DNA of 64,000 nt from an uncultured Planctomycetia bacterium (GCA_964635565.1 CAZWON010000005.1:17736-81735), one strand, 5' to 3'; positions 1 to 8,904 are shown, counted from the first letter of the stretch. Notes: generated by a model not told the origin, from the sequence alone. Numbers and translations are program-made.

Positions 1-13
1 ATTTCCATAATTT

Positions 14-385
14 TTACACTATCCTCCTATAAAAACAGCTTTTCTTGCCAGTATGACAAGCTACCCCTATCTGTATTACTTTAATAAGTAAAGCATCCCT
101 ATCGCAATCGTACCATATGCTTTTTATTTTCTGAATATTACCGCTTGTTTCTCCCTTACGCCATAACACCTTGCGAGAACGAGAATAAAAACACGTTCTT
201 CCTTCATTAATACTAATCTTCAACGACTCCCCATTCATATAGGCAAGCATAAGCACTTTGCCTGTTTTATAATCCTGAATAATCGCAGGAATGAGGCCCT
301 TTTCGTTAAATACCAATCGAGACAAACTTATTTTTTTTCTCTTTCTTAATCTTGTATTTTTTTCCCTTTTCGAATTTCTTTTCAT
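14..385 (-). CDS. hisI: phosphoribosyl-AMP cyclohydrolase HisI
   Basis: 123 aa; motifs [33 protein letters not shown] and ACHTG..SCF are typical of HisI; 4-bp overlap with hisF implies an operon. Confidence 0.9.
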   Translation of the reverse strand: MKRNSKREKNTRLRKRKKISLSRLVFNEKGLIPAIIQDYKTGKVLMLAYMNGESLKISINEGRTCFYSRSRKVLWRKGETSGNIQKIKSIWYDCDRDALLIKVIQIGVACHTGKKSCFYRRIV

Positions 386-1185
386 ATTCTTACCTCTACT
401 CCTCTTTTTTTCAGATATCTTTTAACTTCTCTTATGCGAAGCTGACGGTAATGGAAAACAGATGCTGCCAAAGCAGCTGTAGCTTTTGTCTTGCTAAATA
501 TATGGTAAAAATGTGACAATTTTCCTGCACCTCCTGATGCAATAACAGGAATCTTTACTGCATTGCTTACAGCTTGCGTCAATACAATATCATAGCCTTC
601 TTTCGTCCCATCACAATCCATACTCGTCAAAAGAATCTCCCCTGCACCTAAACTTTCTACCTTCTTAGCCCATCTAATAACATCAAGCCCTGTAGGAGTT
701 CTTCCTCCATTAATATAAACCTCCCACTTTTTCGTATTGCGCCGTGCGTATTGTGTAGTGCGTTTTTTCTCTTTTGCATTGCGTATCATTTTTGCATCAA
801 TGGCAACAACAATACATTGGCTACCAAATACTCTACTTGCTTTTTTTATCAAAAAGGGATCTTTTACCGCAGCGGTATTTAAAGAAACTTTATCTGCTCC
901 TGCTAAAAGAAGATTACGAATATCCTCTATGGTATTTACTCCTCCTCCTACCGTAAAAGGCATAAAAACAACGTGAGACACTTTTTTTACTAAGGTAACA
1001 GTAGTCTTTCGCTTCTGGTAGCTTGCGGTAATATCTAAAAACACTAATTCATCTGCGCCTTCCTTCTCATAAATTAAAGCATTTTCAACAGGATCTCCTG
1101 CATCCTTTAAATTCACAAAGTTTACTCCTTTGACTACTCTCCCCTTATTAATATCCAGACAGGGAATTATTCTTTTTGTTAGCAT
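382..1185 (-). CDS. hisF: imidazole glycerol phosphate synthase cyclase subunit HisF
   Basis: 267 aa; N-terminus [21 protein letters not shown]...[14 protein letters not shown]-terminal [19 protein letters not shown] motifs. Confidence 0.92.
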   Translation of the reverse strand: MLTKRIIPCLDINKGRVVKGVNFVNLKDAGDPVENALIYEKEGADELVFLDITASYQKRKTTVTLVKKVSHVVFMPFTVGGGVNTIEDIRNLLLAGADKVSLNTAAVKDPFLIKKASRVFGSQCIVVAIDAKMIRNAKEKKRTTQYARRNTKKWEVYINGGRTPTGLDVIRWAKKVESLGAGEILLTSMDCDGTKEGYDIVLTQAVSNAVKIPVIASGGAGKLSHFYHIFSKTKATAALAASVFHYRQLRIREVKRYLKKRGVEVRI

Positions 1186-1283
1186 AAAAAAAATTATACC
1201 ACAATAAAAATAAAGGGTAAAATTTATTTTATTATCGATATTATTATTTGATTTTTCTTCTTTTATTGGTATGATAAAAATCT

Positions 1284-2153
1284 ATGAAGACTTCTTATCT
1301 TTGTATACCATGCTTTTTTCGCCAAATAGAAAATGCTTCCTCTTTGGTGGGACTCTCTAAAGAAAATAGAGATAAACTTCATTCCTATATTACTAAAAGG
1401 CTACTTATATTTGACTTTAATTATTCTCCTGTGGTATTCGGTAGGACAATATATAAAACTATTTCTCAAATAAGTAATAAAAGGGATCCCTTCTTAGAAG
1501 AAAAAATTAGAGCAGAAGAATGTCTTCTTAAAATCCTTCCTAAAATAAGAAGTTATTTAAAAATAGTAAAAAATCCTCTTTATATTACTGCAAAAATGAG
1601 CTGTATTGCTAATAGTATTGATTTTGGAACAGGGAAAATTCCTAAAGTGCATGGAATAATATCCCAATTAAAAAATGCTAAACTTTACATAGACCATTTT
1701 CTGCTTTTCAAAAAAAAGATAAAGAAAAAAAACAGTATTTTAGTTATTGGCGATAATTGTGGAGAAACAATATTTGACCTACTTTTTATTGAAGAGATAA
1801 AGAAACACTATTCGGGTATTAAAATATTTTATGCGACACGTTCAGCGCCTATTATTAATGATGTAGTTTTTTCTGACGCTAAACGCATAGGCCTGAATAA
1901 AGTAGCAAAAGTTCTCTCATCAGGATGTGACTATCCTGGTATTATTCTTAAAAAAGCTTCGCCGATATTTAAAAAAATATATCAACAGGCAGACATTGTT
2001 GTAAGTAAAGGTCAAGGCAATTTTGAATCGTTATGGGATATAAAAAAAGACATATTTTATCTTTTTAAGGTGAAGTGCCCACCAGTAAGTGAATTTTTAA
2101 ATACTCCTCAAAATAGCTATATTTTTTTCTATAACAAATTCAAAAAGCAATAA
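1284..2153 (+). CDS. DUF89/ARMT1-like damage-control phosphatase family protein (putative)
   Basis: 289 aa; N-terminal CxxC (CIPC), central IGDNCGE (D-N-x-G-E metal motif) and KGQGNFE motif resemble the DUF89 family; no signal peptide. Confidence 0.45.
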   Translation: MKTSYLCIPCFFRQIENASSLVGLSKENRDKLHSYITKRLLIFDFNYSPVVFGRTIYKTISQISNKRDPFLEEKIRAEECLLKILPKIRSYLKIVKNPLYITAKMSCIANSIDFGTGKIPKVHGIISQLKNAKLYIDHFLLFKKKIKKKNSILVIGDNCGETIFDLLFIEEIKKHYSGIKIFYATRSAPIINDVVFSDAKRIGLNKVAKVLSSGCDYPGIILKKASPIFKKIYQQADIVVSKGQGNFESLWDIKKDIFYLFKVKCPPVSEFLNTPQNSYIFFYNKFKKQ

Positions 2154-2165
2154 AGATTGTTTTAT

Positions 2166-2194
2166 TTGACAAAAAAAGGAGGTAGGTGTAGAAT
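2166..2194 (+). promoter_or_regulatory. sigma70-like promoter TTGACA-17-TAGAAT
   Basis: Consensus -35 TTGACA (2166-2171), 17-nt spacer, -10 TAGAAT (2189-2194); a ~115-nt leader precedes the 2312 CDS. Confidence 0.45.
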
Positions 2195-2311
2195 TTTTTC
2201 TATTATTTTATAATGCTTTTTCATAACTAATCCTTAAAAAGGACGAGTAAAGAAAACTAGTAAATGATTGAAAAAATATAAAAAGTATTGGAATATTAAT
2301 CGAAAGTATAT

Positions 2312-2902
2312 ATGAGTTTGTTTTTTGTAGGATTAGCTCTTCTATGTGGATTTATAGGGGGTAAAGTATCTGATCATTTTAAATTTCCCTCTGTTGTAAG
2401 ATATCTCATCGCAGGATTGCTTTTAGGTCTTTCCTTTCTAATGGAAAACTTAAGAATTTTTAATGACCTCGCTCTTTCTTTTATGGAAATTTTAACCTCT
2501 TTTACTCTACCCATATATATCGTATTCTTTGTAATTGCTGGTACACACCTACAACTTAACATGCTCTCTAAAATGGGATTAATTGGCTTAGTATATATTA
2601 TTTGTAGAAGTATAGGACCTATTGGAGGAGCATTTTTTGGGACAAGTATCTCTAAAGCAGAAAAAGCTATCCGTAAATATCTCGGATTTGGTATTCTCTC
2701 TCAGGCAGGTGTAGCAATAGGATTAGCACTTTTAGTTACGAGAGAATTTTCTTCTTTAGGACCGCAGGCTAAGGAATTAGCTACTCTTGTCATTAACACT
2801 ATCGCTGCTACTACAATTATTTTCAAAATTATTGGCCCTATTGCAACAAAATTTGCCATTACAAAAGCAGGCGAAGTTAGAAAGGATATCCTTAAAGCAT
2901 AG
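2312..2902 (+). CDS. half-size membrane permease-domain protein (AAE/YidE-YbjL-like or CPA-like membrane domain)
   Basis: 196 aa, ~5-6 predicted TM helices; G-rich helix motifs (GFIGGK, IAGLLLGLSF, GILSQAGVAIGLALLV) typical of secondary-transporter repeat units; too short for a full antiporter and no N-terminal half anywhere upstream. Confidence 0.35.
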   Translation: MSLFFVGLALLCGFIGGKVSDHFKFPSVVRYLIAGLLLGLSFLMENLRIFNDLALSFMEILTSFTLPIYIVFFVIAGTHLQLNMLSKMGLIGLVYIICRSIGPIGGAFFGTSISKAEKAIRKYLGFGILSQAGVAIGLALLVTREFSSLGPQAKELATLVINTIAATTIIFKIIGPIATKFAITKAGEVRKDILKA

Positions 2903-2986
2903 ATAAGTTTTATAGAAATCTATGTATATTCGAGGTAAGATAATAGAATCGATAACTCCTACCTTATTCTTTTTCCGCTACAAAAA

Positions 2987-4204
2987 ATGATGAGTATTAC
3001 AGGAATTCTTGTTATTTTCTTTATTATTATTTCGGCTTTCTTTTCTGCTTCAGAAACAGCACTTTTTTCTTTAGGAAAAATGCGGTTACGACGTCTTCAA
3101 GATAAATTCTCTTCTGCAAAGATTATAAAGTATCTTTTAAAGAAACCTGCTCATTTGTTATCTACAATTGTCTTTGGCAACATGCTTGTAAATATAGGAT
3201 TGGCTTCTCTAAGTGCGGTTTTTTTTGTTAATATTTTTAAAGAAAAAGGGATATTTTTTTCTATATTTTTCTCAGGAGTAATCATTTTATTTTTGGGAGA
3301 AATATTCCCAAAAATATTATCTATATATACTGCGGAGAGATTTTCTCTTATTTGTGCTCCTATATTAAATATTTTCTCTAAAATATTTTTTCCTATAGTT
3401 TTTATTCTTAAATACCTAAGTACAGGTTTAACATCGCTCTTTGTCCACCATAAAAAGAACATTCTTTTTACTGAAGAAGAATTAAAGACTGCTCTTTATT
3501 TAGGTAAAAAAGAAGGAGCAATAAGCGAAGCAGAGGAAGAAATGATTTCCTGTGTGTTAAAATTTAAAGATACTTCTGCTAGTCAAATTATGACTCCCCG
3601 TGTAGAAGTAAAAGCGATAGATATAGATAGTACCTCTTTAGAGGTTAAGAGTACTCTTAAAAAAGAAATGCACTCTAAATTTCCTGTATATAAAGAATCA
3701 ATGGATAATATTAAAGGAATTTTATATAGCAAAGATGTCTTTTTAAATCCTGATAAAGATTGGAAAATATTCATAAGAGAACCAATATTTATTCCTGAAA
3801 GTAAAAAGATAGATGACATTTTAACTGAGTTTATAAAAAGAAAAGAACGGATTGCTGTAGTATTAGATGAGTATGGTGGAACTTCAGGAATAATTACCTT
3901 TGAGGATATTGTAGAAGAAATTTTTGGAGAACTTTATGACGAATATGAATTTCCCCAGGAAATACTTCAGGAAATTGGACCTAAAACATATAGAGTATTT
4001 GCTAAAGCTCCCATAAAGACAGTCAATTTAGAGCTTAATATAAATCTCCCTGAAGGAGAAGATACGATAGCAGGATTCATTTTAAACTACTTAGAACGTA
4101 TTCCTCAAGAAGGAGAAAAATTTTTATTTAGTAATAATATAGAATTTATTATAGAACGAGCTACTCGCCGTCGTCTCTTAAGTGTAATTGTTAAATTATT
4201 ATGA
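2987..4204 (+). CDS. CNNM/CorC-HlyC family transporter (DUF21-CBS pair-CorC_HlyC)
   Basis: 405 aa; N-terminal DUF21 signature FFSASETALFSL with 4 TM helices, central CBS pair, C-terminal CorC/HlyC transporter-associated domain. Confidence 0.85.
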   Translation: MMSITGILVIFFIIISAFFSASETALFSLGKMRLRRLQDKFSSAKIIKYLLKKPAHLLSTIVFGNMLVNIGLASLSAVFFVNIFKEKGIFFSIFFSGVIILFLGEIFPKILSIYTAERFSLICAPILNIFSKIFFPIVFILKYLSTGLTSLFVHHKKNILFTEEELKTALYLGKKEGAISEAEEEMISCVLKFKDTSASQIMTPRVEVKAIDIDSTSLEVKSTLKKEMHSKFPVYKESMDNIKGILYSKDVFLNPDKDWKIFIREPIFIPESKKIDDILTEFIKRKERIAVVLDEYGGTSGIITFEDIVEEIFGELYDEYEFPQEILQEIGPKTYRVFAKAPIKTVNLELNINLPEGEDTIAGFILNYLERIPQEGEKFLFSNNIEFIIERATRRRLLSVIVKLL

Positions 4205-5157
4205 ATATAGTTTTTTATGTAATAGGATGTATATTTTTTCTCCTGCTTCAGGGATTTTTTTCGGGTAGTGAAATCGCTTTTATCTCTACAAGTATTGTGC
4301 GCTTACAACACCGCATTCAAAAAAAAGATAAAAAAGCGCAATTGGCTTTAAAGCTTATATCAAATCCTGAAAAATTCCTTGCTACAACACTGATAGGAAC
4401 GAATATTTCTGTAGTTATAAGTTCAAGCCTTGCTACTCTCTTTTTAATTAAATTAGGCATAAAGAACAGCAATGTATGGATTACATTCTTGTTTACTCCT
4501 CTTGTGGTAATTTTCTCTGAGCTCGTTCCTAAAAATATTGGTAACCATTACCGAGAAAAATTTAGTTGCGCTGTAGCATCTTATATAAAATTTTTTGAAT
4601 CTTTTTTTCTTCCCCTGGTTATTGCGGTAGAATCAGTTAGCCGCTTTTTTATAAAATTATTTATAGGAAAACGAAGAAAACATTCTCTTTTTGTAACTCG
4701 TGAAGAAATAAAGGTGATGTTTAAAGAAAGGGGTGGCTTAAGTTTAGATAAAGGAGAAAAGGAAGCAATTGAAGACATTTTTAATTTTAAAGAAACAAAA
4801 ATAAAAGATGTGACTACTCCTTTTAAAAAGATAGTAGGATTTGATTATATGGATTTGCTACCGAATATATTTGAAAAAGCATCCCGCTATAGATTTACCC
4901 GTTATCCCATATTTAAAAATCAAGAAATTATTGGTTATATTAATATATTTGATATTTTCTACCATAATAATAATTGGCATAATTCTATTCGTCCTATTAT
5001 TCGTGTAGGAGAAAGCCAGAAACTATATGAAGTATTTACTCGACTGAGAGAAAAACGGGAAAGCATAGCAGTAGTGATGCGTGGTAAGAAAGTATTAGGT
5101 ATTGTAACTATTGAAGATATTATCCGTGAAATAATAACCTCTATTATTAAATATTAG
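4201..5157 (+). CDS. DUF21-CBS domain membrane protein (CNNM paralog lacking CorC_HlyC C-terminus)
   Basis: 318 aa; FFSGSEIAFIS DUF21 signature, TM helices, CBS pair; ATGA start/stop overlap with the upstream paralog. Confidence 0.8.
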   Translation: MNIVFYVIGCIFFLLLQGFFSGSEIAFISTSIVRLQHRIQKKDKKAQLALKLISNPEKFLATTLIGTNISVVISSSLATLFLIKLGIKNSNVWITFLFTPLVVIFSELVPKNIGNHYREKFSCAVASYIKFFESFFLPLVIAVESVSRFFIKLFIGKRRKHSLFVTREEIKVMFKERGGLSLDKGEKEAIEDIFNFKETKIKDVTTPFKKIVGFDYMDLLPNIFEKASRYRFTRYPIFKNQEIIGYINIFDIFYHNNNWHNSIRPIIRVGESQKLYEVFTRLREKRESIAVVMRGKKVLGIVTIEDIIREIITSIIKY

Positions 5158-5202
5158 AAGATACAAGATATAACCTTACAATACTTTATATTACTTAATT
5201 AC

Positions 5203-5772
5203 TTATGTAACAAAAGTATTCAACTCTTTGGCAGTTATACAGTTAATCCCCAATTTATAAGCCCATTCAATTAATCCTTTATCGGATGTGGCAAGATAAG
5301 CTTTTAGTTCCTTGGCAAGCAGTAACAAATCACAATCTTCTTTACTATCAATTATTCCCTCCCTAAGCGCAAACCGATATTCCTCACGTAGGCTCTTAAT
5401 AATTTCCTCCTCATTCTTGATATGCAATGCCCGCCGAGTATATTTTTCTGCTACCCTTAAACCTTTATTTATACGGCTACGCATTTCTTCTATAAACTCA
5501 TAAAATAAAAGAGAAGGTATAAAGAGTTCATACTTGGAAGGAGGCTTTTTATTTATAAGGGCGGCTTTCTTCAATATCTCAGAAACACCAATAAATTTGG
5601 CCAACTCCTCATATATTAAAGGAGGCATATAGCAAATAATATTATTTTTTTTCTCTAAAAGTGCTAAGAAATTGTTAAATGCCTCCTTTGGTGTCTTCCC
5701 AAAATAACACCGCTCCACAGGATTGATAAAGATATTTGTATCTAATACTATTTTTATTTTATCTTTCTTCAT
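5203..5772 (-). CDS. PIN-domain nuclease with helical insertion, HARP-like (PIN_5/UPF0278; candidate protein-only RNase P)
   Basis: 189 aa; N-terminal IVLDTNIF (Asp11), acidic residues at 142, 146/148 and 164 (DSKEDCD...ATSD); a ~70-aa basic helical insert between PIN strands; size and Asp spacing match Aquifex-type HARP as I recall it. Confidence 0.5.
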   Translation of the reverse strand: MKKDKIKIVLDTNIFINPVERCYFGKTPKEAFNNFLALLEKKNNIICYMPPLIYEELAKFIGVSEILKKAALINKKPPSKYELFIPSLLFYEFIEEMRSRINKGLRVAEKYTRRALHIKNEEEIIKSLREEYRFALREGIIDSKEDCDLLLLAKELKAYLATSDKGLIEWAYKLGINCITAKELNTFVT

Positions 5773-6021
5773 AACCTTTTATTTTAAATGATAAGATAGA
5801 ATAAAGCAAATATTTTTATATCCGAATCTCTAAATCAATATAAAAAAAAATTATTATAACTATTTATAAGAATCTTTATTAAAATTAATAAGATAATCCT
5901 AAGAATTTTAAGAATAAATAACACTATTTTATGAAAATATTGTCAAAGAGAGTATTATGTGTTATAAATATGTGCTTAAAGGTGGTCCGTTAATATTTTA
6001 ATTTTAAAAAGCAGGAGGGTT

Positions 6022-6189
6022 ATGGGAAAATTAAAAAGTGAAATGAAAAAGATTCATGCTAAAAGAGTAAGAAAGGCTAAGGAACAACTTAAAACATATC
6101 GTGAAGGAAAAATTCCTTACGAAAAGTTAAATAGATTAGCAAGAAGGTTTCTTATCCGTCAAAAAAATAAAGAAGAGCAAAAAATATAA
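6022..6189 (+). CDS. small basic protein (55 aa), hypothetical
   Basis: Not in the ORF track (below the length cutoff); AGGAGGG Shine-Dalgarno sits 4 nt before the ATG; encodes MGKLKSEMKKIHAKRVRKAKEQLKTYREGKIPYEKLNRLARRFLIRQKNKEEQKI, a Lys/Arg-rich predicted helix. Confidence 0.35.
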   Translation: MGKLKSEMKKIHAKRVRKAKEQLKTYREGKIPYEKLNRLARRFLIRQKNKEEQKI

Positions 6190-6206
6190 AGGTCCCTATT
6201 TAAAAC

Positions 6207-6476
6207 CTATTCAAGACTGTAGTGTTTTTTTACATGTTTCTTTATATGCCAACGGCAATGTAACCCTTTAGGAAATATTGCTAAATCGCCCTTTTCTATT
6301 TTAATCTTTCTTCCATCCAGAAGCTCTACTTCTACTTCACCCTCAAGAAAATAACATATCTCTTTACTTTCATAATACCAACCAAAGCTACTTTCTTCCT
6401 TTTCCCATATAGGCCATTTATCCACACCTAATTTTTCTAACTCTTCTGGTGTAAGTTTTCTCACTTCTATCTCCAT
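6207..6476 (-). CDS. small cupin domain protein (cupin_3/DUF861-like)
   Basis: 89 aa; the E..YFLEGEVEV....G.......GDLAIFPKG..C.W pattern is a single-domain cupin β-barrel. Confidence 0.65.
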   Translation of the reverse strand: MEIEVRKLTPEELEKLGVDKWPIWEKEESSFGWYYESKEICYFLEGEVEVELLDGRKIKIEKGDLAIFPKGLHCRWHIKKHVKKHYSLE

Positions 6477-7057
6477 AATACCTCCTCCCTCTTATTTTTT
6501 CTCTCTCATCATTCTTTAATAATTTTTCCTATGCTGCTTTCTATAAAATGTTTTTATCTAATCTTAGGATAATTTAACAATATTTTTAATAAAAAGTCAA
6601 AGAATAAAACATAATCTGTAAGAATTGAAAATATTTTAGCTAACGCACAATCTCTGATATCGGCTATACTGAAGATTATTTTGTAATGCTGGCTTATGTT
6701 CTTATAGACAGTTTTTAAGATATTTTGACAAAAAATTTTTATATTAGAACCAGAACAAAAAAAGTTAAATTATAAAAGCTGTTACCCAATTTTTTTATAA
6801 TACCTCCACCAATAAAAAATAATTTAGATTTTTTCTAAAGAGGTGATATAATTTAATAAAATTTATAAATAAAAAGTTAGATGATTTTCTAAAGACGAAG
6901 ATAAAATATCTGCCTAACCAATGAGTTTTTTACGATAACTGAAATGAGGTTACTTAAGGTAAGTTAAGAAGATAAAAAACAAGGAGTTTTAGGAGATTAA
7001 ATCAACTAAAAATTTTGTATATTTTGCTTCAAAAGTTTAAACCTCATTAACAATCAG

Positions 7058-7085
7058 TTGTTTTTTTCTAATAGAAAAAGATAAT
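7058..7085 (+). promoter_or_regulatory. putative promoter for tRNA-Met (TTGTTT-16-GATAAT)
   Basis: -35-like TTGTTT 7058-7063, -10 GATAAT 7080-7085, ending 7 nt upstream of the mature tRNA 5' end. Confidence 0.3.
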
Positions 7086-7092
7086 ATTTGTT

Positions 7093-7166
7093 GGCGGCGT
7101 AGCTCAGTCTGGCAGAGCAAACGGCTCATACCCGTTATGTCGACAGTTCAAATCTGTCCGCCGCCA
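7093..7166 (+). tRNA. tRNA-Met (anticodon CAU; elongator type, or tRNA-Ile2 if lysidine-modified)
   Basis: 74-nt cloverleaf: acceptor GGCGGCG/CGCCGCC, D-stem GCUC/GAGC, anticodon stem AACGG/CCGUU with loop CUCAUAC, T-arm GACAG-UUCAAAU-CUGUC, discriminator A, no encoded CCA; lacks the initiator 3xG-C anticodon-stem signature. Confidence 0.9.
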
Positions 7167-7562
7167 TTTTTCATAGGACGTTTTTCCTTAAAGAGAGAAA
7201 TATAAATAATATAGATGTTTAAAAGTAGTAAAGGTCATAGTATAAAAAGATTTACAGGGGAACAAAACAATTTGGCTTTTGGTTTTATTAAAAAAAGTGA
7301 GTCTTAAAAAATTATTTATCAAATTAAAGATAAGAATGTATTTTAAGAAACAAAAGAGCCGCTGTATAAAAAACCAATAAAGCACTATTTGTGCGTCTCC
7401 TTTTAATCTTCTTTACCATACAAAATATCCCTTCTACCCACCCCATATTATCTTACCAATATTGCACGGAATTTTTGGAAAGAATTCATTTCTATTTTCT
7501 TCAGTGATTAAAAAATACTAATAAACTCAGAGAAATTTATCCATCTTCCTGACCTACTTTCA

Positions 7563-7591
7563 TTGAATTAACTCTTCGTATATGTTACAAT
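7563..7591 (+). promoter_or_regulatory. putative promoter TTGAAT-17-TACAAT upstream of the 7601 CDS
   Basis: -35 TTGAAT 7563-7568, 17-nt spacer, -10 TACAAT 7586-7591, followed by AAAGGGAG RBS-like purine tract. Confidence 0.35.
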
Positions 7592-7600
7592 TTAAAGGGA

Positions 7601-8032
7601 GTGGAATATATTAAAGAAATAAAAATGAGCAAATTCATAAGAAAAATAACAGTTCCTATAGTAATTCTATGTGGGTGTCTTCCTCTTTATTCTCAAGAAA
7701 AAACCATTAAAATTCCTCAAAAAAATAGCGTAATTATTTCAAAACAACCGAATAAAATACAACATACAAAAAATAAAGTTAGAAAAAATTTTTTTTTGGA
7801 GTGGATAAACACAAAAGCATATGCTGTTCCTATTGACAAAAATGGAGAAAAAAAATTATTAAGAAAAAAATGGAAAAAATTGTTGGGATTAGATATCTTC
7901 TATCCTTATTTTAAAGCTAAAGAAGTAGAAGACTGGATAAAAGATAAAACAAGCATGCAAGTTTTTAAAATAAAAGGCAGGCCAAAATTTGAAAATGACC
8001 ATATAAAATATATATTTAAAATAAAGTTCTAA
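7601..8032 (+). CDS. hypothetical secreted protein or lipoprotein
   Basis: 143 aa; GTG start in the track; internal MSKFIRKITVPIVILCGC looks like a signal peptide with a lipobox-like Cys; Lys-rich; no recognisable domain. Confidence 0.4.
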   Translation: MEYIKEIKMSKFIRKITVPIVILCGCLPLYSQEKTIKIPQKNSVIISKQPNKIQHTKNKVRKNFFLEWINTKAYAVPIDKNGEKKLLRKKWKKLLGLDIFYPYFKAKEVEDWIKDKTSMQVFKIKGRPKFENDHIKYIFKIKF

Positions 8033-8047
8033 AAAATTAAAAACAAC

Positions 8048-8347
8048 CTACCCCTTAAATATAGCCCAAAGCAACACTACAATCACAATAGAAGAAACAA
8101 TGTAAAAGTCGTTAAAATAAATAAACTCCCGTATACGCTCAGAAGTAGATACTTTTTCTTTATGAATATTAAATCTTTTCTGGATTTCTTTTTTTAAATC
8201 AACAATGTCATCCTTACGAAACCTTAAGAATTCGCCGGCAACTTTAAAATGAGGAATCTTGTTATTTTCCGTTAATTCAATCACATCCTTTTCTGAAATT
8301 TCTAATATCTTAGAAACCTCTCTTGTAGTCAAAAGTTTTTCTCTCAT
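8048..8347 (-). CDS. excisionase/MerR-type HTH (HTH_17) protein with C-terminal transmembrane anchor
   Basis: 99 aa; LTTREVSKILEISEKDVIELTENNKIPHFKVAGEFLRFRKDDI matches the excisionase-family HTH; C-terminal FYIVSSIVIVVLLWAIF is a TM helix. Confidence 0.6.
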   Translation of the reverse strand: MREKLLTTREVSKILEISEKDVIELTENNKIPHFKVAGEFLRFRKDDIVDLKKEIQKRFNIHKEKVSTSERIREFIYFNDFYIVSSIVIVVLLWAIFKG

Positions 8348-8388
8348 TGCTCCATTTTCTTGTTACTCAATGAATATACACTAATTCT

Positions 8389-8880
8389 CTAACGATTCTG
8401 ACCTATCCACGCTTCCACTTCCTTTCTATCAAACACCAGCTGGTCTCTCTCTTTCTCTACAGGTATCTTACCACTGTTAACCCACTCCATTATCTTATGC
8501 TCTTCGATGGATAAATAATTGGATAATTCTGAAAGATTAAGCTTTTCTCCTCTCATCTTGCACTTGCCATTCAAAATTGCTCCCTCTTCAACAGACATCC
8601 GAGGAGTATCAATATCTGCATTAACATTGGCTGAGGAAGTTAAAGCTACCAGAGCATTTGCTTTTATCTTTCCCTTCACATACCCTGAAACAATAATATT
8701 TTCTCCTTCAATATCAGCTAAAACAGTAGCATTATTCCCAATTGTCAATACTCCTTTCGTCTTTAAACTTCCCTCAAAACGTCCATTTATTCTCAAATTT
8801 ACAGGATCAGAAAAAACTAACGTCCCCTGCATTGTAGCATTAACATCTAATATTTTTTCTTCCTCTTTACGTTTTACCAT
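8389..8880 (-). CDS. bactofilin-domain protein fused to C-terminal excisionase-type HTH
   Basis: 163 aa; residues ~20-110 show the bactofilin β-helix pattern (GTLVFSDPVNLRINGRFEGSL..KGVLTIGNNATVLADIEGENIIVSGYVKGKIKANALVAL); C-terminus LNLSELSNYLSIEEHKIMEWVNSGKIPVEKERDQLVFDRKEVEAWI is an HTH_17 motif. Confidence 0.6.
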   Translation of the reverse strand: MVKRKEEEKILDVNATMQGTLVFSDPVNLRINGRFEGSLKTKGVLTIGNNATVLADIEGENIIVSGYVKGKIKANALVALTSSANVNADIDTPRMSVEEGAILNGKCKMRGEKLNLSELSNYLSIEEHKIMEWVNSGKIPVEKERDQLVFDRKEVEAWIGQNR

Positions 8881-8904
8881 TATTCACCCCCCTTAATATA
8901 TTTT

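Noticed and set aside
737-976. 79-aa and 60-aa plus-strand ORFs (737-976, 774-956) inside hisF
   Set aside because: They lie wholly antisense within a well-supported conserved gene; low-complexity translation; no RBS.
2374-2562. 62-aa minus-strand ORF inside the permease-like gene
   Set aside because: Antisense overlap with a longer ORF that has membrane-protein features; no start context.
3151-3819. Minus-strand ORFs 3151-3462 and 3583-3819 inside the CNNM transporter gene
   Set aside because: Antisense to a confidently assigned CDS; AT-rich frames yield chance ORFs.
4581-4778. 65-aa antisense ORF in the second DUF21-CBS gene
   Set aside because: Embedded antisense ORF with no independent support.
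5312-5503. 63-aa plus-strand ORF inside the HARP-like gene
   Set aside because: Antisense, Ser/Leu-rich low-complexity product.
7188-7385. 65-aa minus-strand ORF just downstream of the tRNA
   Set aside because: Extremely hydrophobic/low-complexity (LYWFFIQRLFCFLKYILIFNLINNFL), no RBS, in an AT-rich spacer; probably non-coding, though a tiny membrane peptide cannot be excluded.
8519-8896. 125-aa plus-strand ORF overlapping the bactofilin-HTH gene
   Set aside because: Antisense to a CDS with clear domain signatures; the product has no recognisable features.
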